64,000 nt of DNA from Octopus vulgaris (taxonomy: Eukaryota): assembly GCA_951406725.2 (NCBI GenBank), contig OX597817.1, positions 26,102,001 to 26,166,000 of the forward strand, read 5' to 3'. This document shows, piece by piece, positions 26,833 to 38,364 of this stretch. The number at the start of each line of letters is the position of its first letter. Position 1 is the first letter of the stretch. The notes under the pieces were generated by a model, which worked only from the letters and a program-made list of their open reading frames with translations, was not told where the DNA came from and did not search any database. The position numbers were made by a program, and so were the translations under genes.

Positions 26833-27066
26833 AGCAGTAAGCAGTTATACACTTTGTAATCATGAGATTCCAGGTTCAATCCTGCTATGTAATATTTAAG
26901 GAAATGTATTTTACTATAACATTGAATACCAGTGCTTTGTAACATGTGGATGATAGAAATTGTGTGAAAGCATGTATGATATGTATTTATACTTGTCAAT
27001 GTATATCAGCAAAAGTTGTGCAGACCAGCAAAAAGTCCTATGTGCTGGTGCATTAAAACAAAGATA

Positions 27067-27470
27067 TGTAGTGACATCATCTTGGAAATCTCCAGCACGC
27101 ATGTGCAGAGTTGGATTCTTCCGGGAGGCCTACCGGAAGTTCCCTCATGCGCATATGCAGAAAACTGGCAGCAGTGAAATTTCCCTCGTATCGTCCTCTC
27201 GAATGCTGGGAGCCGAACAGGACAGTCGTGTTTTAGCATCTCTCTCAACCTTGAACAGACAGGATTTGGCTCACTCCACTTGACTACTGCGATGAGCTCT
27301 GAGGCTGCTGATTCACCCTGAAAGAAGAATGTATATATTGCGAATCCAGAAATTAAATATTTATGCTGTTGAAGTTAATCTGAAGTCTTGACTGTTTCCT
27401 TCGATTAATATTTTAATGTAAAGGAAGTGAGCTGCACCCATCCAGTGCGGAGACCTCTTATCCTGTTACA
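27067..27470 (+). mobile_element. Solo LTR (404 bp), 4-bp TSD
   Basis: TGTA...TACA termini, TSD gata 27063-27066 and 27471-27474, attaaa near 27352, higher GC than flanks. Confidence 0.75.
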
Positions 27471-28126
27471 GATACATTGCAGTATTTCTTCTACCTTAGT
27501 TACACAGACACCTCTTTATCATGCCCGTCATCATAAATTCAGTAAAAGAAGAATCAGCCATTGAAAACCTATAGCCAATGCTATCATAGGCAAAAATGCA
27601 TGACATAAAATACATGGAAATAAATAAGACAATGTTTGTGATGCATGATCAATTTTCTGTTGATTCTAGTCCTTCAAGCCAAACATTTCTGTTTGTATTA
27701 GAGAAAAATTATTGAACTTGCTTTGAATAAAAATCTGATAACAAAGGTGTCAGTTTTAATGCAATGATTCATTATAGGGTAATGAGTAATATTTTCCTCA
27801 ACATCATATGTATACTCAACACATGAATATAAAAATCGTTCTCAATTAAAAATATATAACCAGTGATGCATCCTCTTATACGTGTGTCAGAAAATGAATG
27901 CTGATTGCTTATAAAGATATTACTCCAATAGACTGAATGAATGCTGTGCTATGTTTGTAACTTTCCTTAATGTTTCATCAACAAAGGCAAAACCAAATAA
28001 CTTTAAGAATAAGTAGAAATTGAAACCGTGAACTAAGCTTAATTAGAACTCAACTCTACCATTGTGATTGTACAATACTTAATTACATATTGATTTTTTT
28101 TTATATATCAATATGAAGTTTATACC

Positions 28127-28359
28127 TATTTCTTTACTGCCCACAAGGGGCTACACACAGAGGGGACAAACAAGGACAGACAAACAGATTAAGTCAATTA
28201 TATCGACCCCAGTGCATAACTGGTACTTATTTAATCGACCCCGAGGGGATGAAAGGCAAAATCGACCTCAGCGGAATTTGAACTCAGAACATAGCGGCAG
28301 ACGAAATACCGCTAAGCATTTGTCCGGCGTGCTAACGATTCTACTAGCTCACCACCTAA
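28127..28359 (-). mobile_element. SINE family B with ~17-bp TSD
   Basis: TSD aatatgaagtttatacc at 28110-28126 and 28360-28376. Confidence 0.92.
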
Positions 28360-28996
28360 AATATGAAGTTTATACCAGACAGAATATAGACAAGGAAATC
28401 ATCAACCTAGTGACTCTATGGGAGAAGAAAGCAAAGTTGATTCCTATGAAATTTGAACATAGATTTTTTGAAGGTATGGAATTAAATAATTTAAGTTAAT
28501 TAGAGATTAGTGTTCTACCATTTCTGCCATCATGCTGCAATATTGTTAAGTCTTGAAACTGGGTTTTTATATTGAAAAATAGGACATTCATACTTTTCCC
28601 TAAGTCCAACAGCTTTAGTTAAGAATCAAAGCTATATCACCTGGAGGTTACTTCTTATACTGTTGTGCTTATCGCAAATATTGATAACATTATTCATATC
28701 TATTCATATCTAGACAGATCCAAATCTCAAGCTACAAACATCAACTTCACATATCAACTACCAATTAATTTACTGCTTCAAAGTCTCTTTTCCTTATCTG
28801 TTGGATTGCTAAGAAAATAGTTTGGAATGCTACTGGCAGAATACAAGATTAGGCGAGTTTAACCAGGTAACTGACATCTTATTCATTTGTCTATAATGCA
28901 ATGCCCTCATATTTTTGAGACTGATATTGATTTCTTGGGGAAATTGGTATTAATAATAATAATTATGAAATAGTGACAAGTAGTAGATTAGATTAA

Positions 28997-29207
28997 CCCT
29001 TTCATTACTGTTTTAATTTCGAGAAGCTCTGTGTTTTTTTTTTTTTTCAATTGATTTTGAATATAACAAAGAATTTAGTGAAATAACATAGTTATCATTA
29101 AGCTAGTGTCAGAAACATAAATTGTGACTAAGGTTTGGTGGAAGATTTTAATTCAAACTTTATGAAAATAAGATATTTGTACTTCAGCCAAGTTAGTATC
29201 GAAAGGG
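28997..29207. mobile_element. piggyBac-type MITE
   Basis: TTAA TSD on both sides; TIRs ccctttcattac / gtatcgaaaggg. Confidence 0.85.
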
Positions 29208-29624
29208 TTAAATGTCACATGGAAATTATTCACATTGAGTATCTACCATCCTTTTTAGTTATTCTAAACAAAATAAGATAAAAAAATTCTGTCATCAATT
29301 CAATTTACTTGGCCACTATTAATGCAAACATTGGTCTTGTGCCTTTACAAAATAACTCAGCATTAATTTCTTATATAGACCTGAGGCCAGATGTTTAAAT
29401 TGATGACATTACTGAATTGGTAATTATATTAATGATGCTGGAGAATATAAAGAAAAGTTCACAACAATGGGATTGGAACTGAAAATGTAAAATACCTATG
29501 TTAAATACCACAAGATGTTTTGCCCAGTGTTGTACTAATTCTGCAATTCCATGACTATATATAAAATAATTTTGCATTCACTCACTTACACATACATGCA
29601 CACATAAACTGCATGATAGCATTT

Positions 29625-29823
29625 TTGCCAAGGGTAAAAGCACCCACTACACTCTCAGAGTGGTTGGCGTTAGGAAGGGCATCCAGCTGTAGAAACCCTG
29701 CCAGATCAAAATTGGAGCCTGGTGCAGCCATCTGGTTCACCAGTCCTCAGTCAAATCATCGAACCCATGCTAGCATGGAAAGCGGATGTTAAACAACGAC
29801 GATAATGATGATAATGATGATGA
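29625..29823 (+). mobile_element. SINE family C; a degenerate opposite-strand copy follows at ~29870-29965
   Basis: Family body and (GAT)n tail. Confidence 0.85.
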
Positions 29824-30350
29824 TATATATATATATATATGACCATTACTGCATCATATACTAATGTCTGCTTTGACAAAGTTTTTATTGATGGAAGCCC
29901 TTCCTAACATCAGACACCTTAGGGCATACACTGGGTGCTTTTTGCATGCCACCAGCACTAGAGAGGACATCATGCAGTTTGCATGATTACAAAATACTAA
30001 GAGACGAGGGGCAAAAGATTGGTAAAAGCATGAGAGAACATACAACATTAAAGAGAGAGAAGTGTAAGTACTATGTGCCAACCTTGAAAAAGTGAACTTG
30101 GTGCATTGGAAGAATAGTAATCTTACTGTGGACAGTAAAAGTTTCATTGCTTTAGAGTGTCTCATAGATTCCCACCTAGGAGAGGTGATATAAGAATACT
30201 GCGTTGAGAAAATACTTTTCCAAAGCTAATATAATAATATTTGTATGTGTGTATGTATCAATGTGAATGTGTGTGTTCATACCAATTAGTTCCATAGGGT
30301 AGCAATATACCTTTGTGTGCATGTGTGTATGAATATGATATGTGTGAATG

Positions 30351-30387
<37 letters not shown>

Positions 30388-30388
<1 letters not shown>

Positions 30389-30806
30389 TCTTTTACTCTT
30401 TTACTTGTTTCAGTCATGTGACTGTGACCATGCTGGAGCACCGTCTTTAGTCAAGCAAATCGACCCCAGAACTTATTCTTTGTAAGCCTAGTACTTATTG
30501 AATCGGTCTCTTTTGCCGAGCCACTAAGTTATGGGGACGTAAACACACCAGCATCGGTTGTCAAGCAATGTTGAGGGGGTGGGGCAAACACAGACATACA
30601 AACATATACACACACATACATATATATATATATATACATATATATACGACAAGCTTCGTTAATTTTATGTCTACCAAATCCACTCACAAGGCTTTGGTCG
30701 GCCCGAGGCTATAGTAGAAGACACTTACCCAAGGTGCCACACAGTGGGACTGAACCCAGAACCATGTGGTTCTTAAGCAAGCTACTTACCACACAGCCAC
30801 TCCTAC
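30388..30806 (-). mobile_element. SINE family A
   Basis: Full-length match. Confidence 0.9.
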
Positions 30807-31158
30807 ATATGTATATACATACACACACACACACACACATATATAAACAATTATTGACTTCTTTATTTCCATTGTCTTTTTTTTCTTTTCATTGGATATA
30901 ATCTATACGCTTAACATATTCCTATTGTTTCAAGGGAATTTCATTCCCCCAACACCACTAGGTATTGAACCAGTATTTCCTTGGATGCAACCATCTCTTC
31001 ATGAGGTTAACATATCCTCTAATTAAATTTATACACACACACACACACACACAAACACTCATATATTTACACACAAAGTCAAACACTCATACACAAGGCA
31101 TGAGGATTGTTAGTTCATTAGTTGGTGTATGAATGCATGTATGTATGTATATATATAT

Positions 31159-31571
31159 ACTCTTTTACTCTTTTACATGTTTCAGTCATTTGACTGCGGC
31201 CATGCTGGAGCACCACCTTTAATCAAGCAACTCGACCCCGGGACTTATTCTTTTGTAAGCCCAGTACTTATTCTATCGGTCTCTTTTACCGAACCGCTAA
31301 GTGACGGAGACATAAACACACCAGCATCGGTTGTCAAGCAATGCTAGGGGAACAAACACAGACACACAAACACACACATACATATATATATATATATACA
31401 TATATACAACAGGCTTCTTTTCAGTTTCCATCTACCAAATCCACTCACAAGGCTTTGGTCGGCCCGAGGCTATAGTAGAAGGCACTTGCCCAAGGTGCCA
31501 CGCAGTGGGACTGAACCTGGAACCATGTGGTTGGTAAACAAGCTACTTACCACACAGCCACTCCTGCGCCA
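31159..31571 (-). mobile_element. SINE family A
   Basis: Full-length match. Confidence 0.92.
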
Positions 31572-33046
31572 TATATATATATATGTATAAGAAATATTGA
31601 ATTTCTAAATCTCTCGTAGAAAGATGTACGGTAGTGGGGCGATAGAATTAGATTGTTAGATTGACAGTATACAACCATTCTATATATATATATATATATG
31701 TATATGTACACAACACACACAAACACACACACAAATATATCCTTGGAAAACAAAGCAATAACAAAGTGTGTTTAGGTTAGAAGGAAAGCAATAGGAAGGC
31801 TTAGAACCACTTTCCTGCAAGAGTGTTCCAAGAATACATTAACATATGTCAGCAGTCTTAGCAATAATTTGTCCAATATAGTCAATGCAAATGTTCAACA
31901 GTTGATATATTTACATAATCAGGGAAACAATATTGTTACCAGTAATCAAGTCAGAAATTATCAATATTGTGGTTCCCATTTATTTGTGAATATTGGAAGA
32001 GGACTAGAAGAAAAATTTCGGATGCTATATGTTGTGAGAACTTGTAACTGTTGACCCATTTGATATCTGATCATAGAAAGTTGTGTTCAGGAATAAATTT
32101 TCTGAAGCTAATATAAATGTATTTGAATGTGTGTGTGTGTGTGTTCGTGTGTGTGTGTGTGTGTGAGTGTGTGTGTGTGCGTGTGCACTCATGTATGTGT
32201 GTGTTTGGGTGTATGTCTGTGTGTGTATGAGAGATAGGGAAAAGGGAGTGTGACTGCATTTGTAGGAGAATGTGTATGCAAGCATATGTACGCACATATA
32301 TAAGAATGTGTGAGTATGTGTGAGAGAAGGAATGTGTGTGTGTATGTGTGTGTGTGCATATAATGTATGTGTAATATGTGCGTATTTTGTGTGTATGTGT
32401 GTGTGTCTGTGCATGTAACGTATGTGTAATATGTGTATAGAGTGTGTAAGAAAATGTGTGTGTGTGTGTGTGCATATAATGTATGTGTAATATGTGTGTA
32501 GTGTGTGTAAGAAAATGTGTGTGTGTGTATGCATGTAATGTATGCGCAATATGTGTGTAGTGTGTGTAAGAAAATGTGTGTGTATGTGTGTGTGTGTGTG
32601 TGTGCATATAATGTGTAAAATGTGTGTAGTGTGTGTAAGAAAATGTGTATGTGAAATCTGAAGCTAATATAGATGTATTTGACTGTATGTCTGTGAGTAG
32701 AGATAGACTGTGTGTCTTTGTGTACATGTGAGCATATGAATGTATATGAATAAGTATATGTGATAGATAAAGGGAGAAAAGAACAGTGTTTGTGTGTTTG
32801 AAAATGTGTTAGTATGCTTGTGTGCGTATATGTGCATGTGTTTATGTATACCCACAATTTCCTTAAAGTAGTGGTAAACTTCTAGTAAGTTAAGGTAGAA
32901 ACATAAGTTGGATGACAGCAGAAGTCAAAATATACATACATGATATCTGGGATCAGCAGAAGGAGGGGATCAGTCTAACTGATGCAAACAAACAGGCTTC
33001 TATGTATTGTCCAAAACCCAAAACCTGTTGGCTCAAAAATATTTTT

Positions 33047-33095
33047 TGGGATCCGATGATATGCCTTTACAGACGGGAAACCTAAGGTAATCCCA
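33047..33095 (+). ncRNA. Type I hammerhead motif with U4C core change (probably inactive)
   Basis: tgggat CCGATGA ta tgcct-ttac-agacg g GAAAC ctaag GTA atccca; 6-bp stem I. Confidence 0.7.
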
Positions 33096-33176
33096 TAAAT
33101 TGGCCTTCCACATTTTTAATATATACTGCTCAATATTATAGTATGCTTCTTCTTTTGGATTTGGTTTTTACAGACA

Positions 33177-33224
<48 letters not shown>

Positions 33225-33282
33225 CAACTAATGTAGGATAAAATTTTTTTGGGGAAAAAATATTTTATCCTACATTAGTTGT
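33225..33282. repeat. Short inverted repeat after (AT)n
   Basis: acaactaatgtaggataaaat / attttatcctacattagttgt. Confidence 0.85.
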
Positions 33283-33694
33283 AAATTTAATAGTATTCAC
33301 TTCCGGATTCTCTCACTCTGTGAAAATTTCTAGTTCGAATCACATGTGTCTCGAGATGTGCCGAAGATTTTCTAGTTTGGATATATTTGGGGTACTTAGG
33401 TCTGCTCAGGACTTAGTGCTTGCTTTTTCCATGGGTATGAGTAAGTATTTCATTTATGTCTTACGTATTTATCGCTGAGGAGGGGAAAATTCTTATGAAT
33501 TAACCCCGAAATTGGGACCAATACGGTAATAACGGATTTTTTAGAAATTTCTATTGGCTTGTTTCGAGACACATAAATTATAATGGTTATTGATAATTTT
33601 GTCTTTTTTTTCGGCATATTTGGCATTAGAATTTTTCTTTTGCCCTTATTTTGTAAGTTATATATATATATGTGTGTGTGTGTATATATATATA

Positions 33695-33742
<48 letters not shown>

Positions 33743-33745
<3 letters not shown>

Positions 33746-34215
33746 ATAAATATAAGAGAATGGTCACTATGTGGCTCATTCTAGCACTAGCAAATCCAAA
33801 AGGTTTCAACCACAAAAATACATGTTTCACATGAAAGTTAGTACGATTGTTAGCTCACACGAACAGGGCAAATAAAAAATAACAAAAATACAGATTATTT
33901 TGGGACAATTATTTCACTATTAATGAATTAAATGTAATTTTACTTACAAAAAACCCACTTGTAGCTCCTCAGCCAAAACTATCTGGATGAAATCCACTCA
34001 ATCACACGCCAGATTTTACCATAACGATAAATACACGTGTGGTTCAATTGATTACATCCGACGTTATAATTCAAATGCCCTTTTATTTGCCCTGTTCGTG
34101 TGAGCTAACAATCGTACTGACTTTCATGTGAAACATGTATTTTTGTGGTTGAAACCTTTTGGATTTGCTAGTGCTAGAATGAGCCACATAGTGACCATTC
34201 TCTTATATTTATTTT
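33743..34215. repeat. Fold-back element, ~135-bp arms, ~200-bp spacer
   Basis: 33743-33877 vs reverse complement of 34081-34215, near identical; abuts (AT)n. Confidence 0.92.
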
Positions 34216-35926
34216 TGTATAAATATTATAATATATTATAAAATATTATAATAATCCAGGTTTCTCGAGGCACTGGGCCACTTGGTGTGGAATAGATATA
34301 CTATTAAATTAGTATCTAATTCTCTCACCCTTATTAATTAATTATATATATATATGTATATATATCAGATCATCCCATAAGTTCTGTCCAATTTTACCTT
34401 TTTTGAAATTGAATGAAATTTAATAGTATTTTAGAATGTCTAATGGAATTAAAAAATTTTTCATTCAGCGTCCTTCATTTTAATCTACATGGAAATGTAC
34501 ATAATAAAATGATGGTGATGAAGACAATAATGATGATAATGAAGAAGATGAGGCACACTGCTGATCATTGTTTAATTGATCTCTTTCAAAATACTGCACA
34601 TACACCTTTTCTTGGGTCTATATGATTGACTACAACCTCTTGTCATTTTGTGCTACAGTATGACCACAGTTCAAAAATTTGAAACCATTAAAAGAAAAGA
34701 ACGTATTTTTGAAATAGTTATATAATTTGAATTTCAAGGAAAAAGGATCAACTTAATCTCATTGCTCAAATTTCCACCAGTGTGGCTGGGGTGGGGTGGG
34801 GGGTAGATTTGATTAAAGCTAACATATGCAACACATTCGCTTACAAGTCCACCAGCAAAATTCATGTTTAAGTAATAAGCTTTTCAATAATTATATGATT
34901 ACTAGAAAGTCTTGTTAAAAAAATGTTTGAAGGTGTGGAGATTGAATGGTTTTTGTTAGGAAACTATGAATCACAAAATCTACTGTCTGGTGACTTATGA
35001 GTCTGTTAAAGATTATATTTACATAATGAGTCAATCACATTACATTATAAATTTATTTTAGAAGCTTTAGTACATTGTTTTCAGTAGAAAAATTGACATG
35101 TTAAACACATTAATAATGTTTTGGAGTTTGTAGAAAATTTGCCTCCATTTGTCTTGCAAAAGAAGTTCTATTGATATAAAGTGAGACCAATGAATCATTT
35201 CCAATTGCTTCCAAATAATGCAACACTTCCAAAAACAAATTATTTTGTGTATTACAACAGCACACAAGTCTACTGTCAATGATAATTTAATATTAAAGAG
35301 AAAGCATCAGCTTTTCCTGTATAATTTACATCAAATAAATGAGAAGCAATTATAAATTAATGATAATCTAAAGCAACAACGGACACACAGATAGATTTTT
35401 ATGAAGGATATATGTGTGTATGTGTGCTTGTGTGTTCATTTGAGTATAAGGATATATATAAAAATGCATATACATACAAATATGTATGTATGTGTGCTTG
35501 TGTGTTCATTTGAGTATAAGGATATATATACAAATGCATATACGTACAAATATGTGTGAATGTGTGTGCGTGTTTGCATATGTGTGTATAGTATTAATAG
35601 TATATTAAACTTATATGGTACTTTATGGTTTGAAAGCATACACATGTTTCAGCAAATTAACTACCAAGGTTACATTATCTCTCTCTTTGAAAAATTGTTA
35701 ACTCATTTAACACCTCATCAGGAGTTCTGAAAATGCATTTATGCTTAAAAAAACAAACAAATATGTTTTATTATATTTTTATACTATTAATTAGCATATA
35801 TTCTGCACACTATCCTATCCTATGATTTGATGTCCCATATTGTACTGCATTTGACATAGGTGAAAAGTGTGGGATGTACTACTGGTTCTGAACTTCCTTT
35901 ATTTGTTGTACTTCACAGCACTTATA

Positions 35927-36428
35927 TCATCATCATCATCATCATCATCGTTTAACGTCCGCTTTCCATGCTAGCATGGGTTGGACGGTTCAACTGGGGT
36001 CTGGCAAGCCCGAAGGCTGCACCAGGCCAGTCAGATCTGGCAGTGTTTCTACAGCTGGATGCCCTTCCTAATGCCAACCACTCCGAGAGTGTAGTGGGTG
36101 ATTTTATGTGCCACCGACACAGGTGCCAGACGACGCTGATAACATTATATATATACCCCTTCAGGTAGATGGCACTGCTCAATCTGTAGAAAAGGTGTGG
36201 GTAGAGACTCCATACGATGCACCTGACTGACTCCTGTGCCAGTGGCACAAAAAAAGCACCCACTACACACTCAGAGCAGTTGGCATTAGGAAGGGCATCC
36301 AGCTGTAGAAAACTTGCCAGATCAGATTGGAGCCTGGTGCAGCCGCTGGCTCTCCAGACTTCATTCAAACCATCCAATCCATGCCAGCATAGAAAACGGA
36401 CGTTTAAACGATGAGGATGATGATGATG
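35927..36428. mobile_element. Two SINE family C copies in inverted (head-to-head) orientation
   Basis: 35927-36135 minus and ~36220-36428 plus; the 3' half of a SINE A follows (36440-36640). Confidence 0.88.
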
Positions 36429-36819
36429 TATGTATGTATTTGTGTCTGTTTTTTTTTACTTCATACCATCGCTTGACAATTGGTGTTGGTGTGTTTACAT
36501 CCCTGTAAATTAGCAGTTCAGCAAAAGAGTTTGATAGAATAAGTACTAGGCTTACAAAGAATAATTCCTGGGGTTGACTGGTTCACCTAAAAGCGATGCT
36601 CCACCATGGCCACAATCAAATGACTGAAACAGGAATAAAAGTATATATATATATATATTATGATGAGGATATATATATATATATATATATATATGCATGG
36701 ATGCTTTTAGATACACACACACACATTTATAAATATATAAAATTGAAAGGAAATCCTGTCACATTTCAAGATGGAAAAGCTATGAATATTTCTTTGGTCC
36801 TAAGTTATATAATTGATCA

Positions 36820-37110
36820 ATATTTTTCCTTTCATTGTTAACACACTCCCGTCTATTTGGCAAATTATTGATCCCTCAGGTGTAAAATTCATCAACTTCC
36901 AAAGCAAACAATCACAATTATCTTCTTTACAACAAACAAACTAACGGTTTTCCCCGTAAATAATGTTGCAGTGATCCAAATAGATGATGGTCAAATGGTG
37001 CATCATCAGAAGAGTAATGAGGGCGAGGTAAAACTTTCATATTTAGTGCCATAAAATCTTCCTGTGTGACTGGGGTAATTATTATGTAAGAGCAACACTT
37101 CTTTATGATT
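36820..37110 (-). mobile_element. mariner transposase C-terminal remnant
   Basis: VLPRPHYSSDDAPFDHHLFGSLQHYLRGK corresponds to the YSPDLAPSDYHLF motif; followed by EGINNLPNR. Confidence 0.8.
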
Positions 37111-37229
37111 GATAAATGGTGGATAGACCCTTCAGTTGTCAAGTGCTGGTGGGAGACAAATGAAAAGACATACACACATAGATTCGTACATGTACATACA
37201 AATATATACATACAGATATGTATAAATAT

Positions 37230-38350
37230 AACGAGTAAACAAAGCCAAGGCTGTGTGGAAATTTCAGGACATTTATAAGGAGAAAGTGAGTCTCACAGCT
37301 GTTTCTGGAATATTAGGGATATCCCTTCAACAGAGACAATGTGAAAGTGTTTAATTGAGGGAAGCAGTAGTGTTCAATATAAGGAGTTACTTTGGAAAAG
37401 TATAAAGTGTAATAAGAGAATAAAAATAACGATAAAAAAAAGCAAAAGAAAAATAAAAGTAAAAATATAAATGTAAAAATAAAATAAAGAATATATGTAG
37501 GATGTTATAGTGGCAGTTCCATTATCCAAGGTTAAAGTGGTGTGAAGAAATGAGAGAAATGCTTTATGTCCATGGTATGTAAATTCTGATCGGAATACAT
37601 ATTTTGTCATTACAAACAGAAAGTGTGGAGAGTAGATTCCATGTGCTGTTCATTCAAAGGGGTCTTGTGGTGTGAATAAAATTTTGAGAGTGTAATGTTA
37701 GTGATGTTGAGAGCGAAATGTTAGTAATGGAGATCTCCTAAAAGGTGTTCAGGATATGTACTGTGCAGTTGATTAGGTTGCATTTAGATCTGTGGTAAAA
37801 TTCGAAGGTATGAAAAATGCAGTGGTTGCATGTACCATGGGCCTCCTTATATTTATTTAGTAGCATTAAAGAGCTGTATTTTAATATGTGGAATGTCTCT
37901 TTCAGGCATAGCTTACAGGCTGAGTGTTGACCCTGGTATGGAAGCCCTGAATCTATTATGGACCATGACAAGATGTATGGAGTATTTCTATTTTTGAGAT
38001 GATGTATGTGACAGGCGAGTGTTGTGGATTTACTGTGTTTCTCATATCTAAAAGAATTGAGATGCACAATGTATCGCTGTTTAAAATTAATAGTTGACTC
38101 TATATATGTGGTTGTAGAATTGTGCAGCGAGTTGAGGATGGTGCATTTATAAATTACATCAGACCTTCTGCAATGGGTTTGTAGAGGGCAGATGGTCCCA
38201 GGGCTGAAGTTACATGGTATTGCATTGTGGGGATTATTCTCAGGAATAAAGGTGGTTATACTGTCTAAGGAGAGGTTAAAGAGGTGGGGTAGATTGGTTT
38301 GTTATTAACATTGTTATTACTATTACATGATCTTGTGTCTGACCAGGCTA
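37230..38350 (-). mobile_element. Penelope-like element 3' remnant (GIY-YIG + 3' end)
   Basis: CPLQTHCRRSDVIYKC...TYIESTINFKQRY..HLNSFRYEKHSKSTTLA...CKLCLKE...LLNK (ORF 37738-38067 and upstream). Confidence 0.88.
37290..37337 (-). ncRNA. Degenerate type I hammerhead in PLE 3' end
   Basis: Minus strand: gtct CTGTTGA agggatat..atattcca GAAAC agct GTG agac; core A6 and cleavage base are mutated. Confidence 0.7.
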
Positions 38351-38364
38351 TCAGATTTTGTTCA

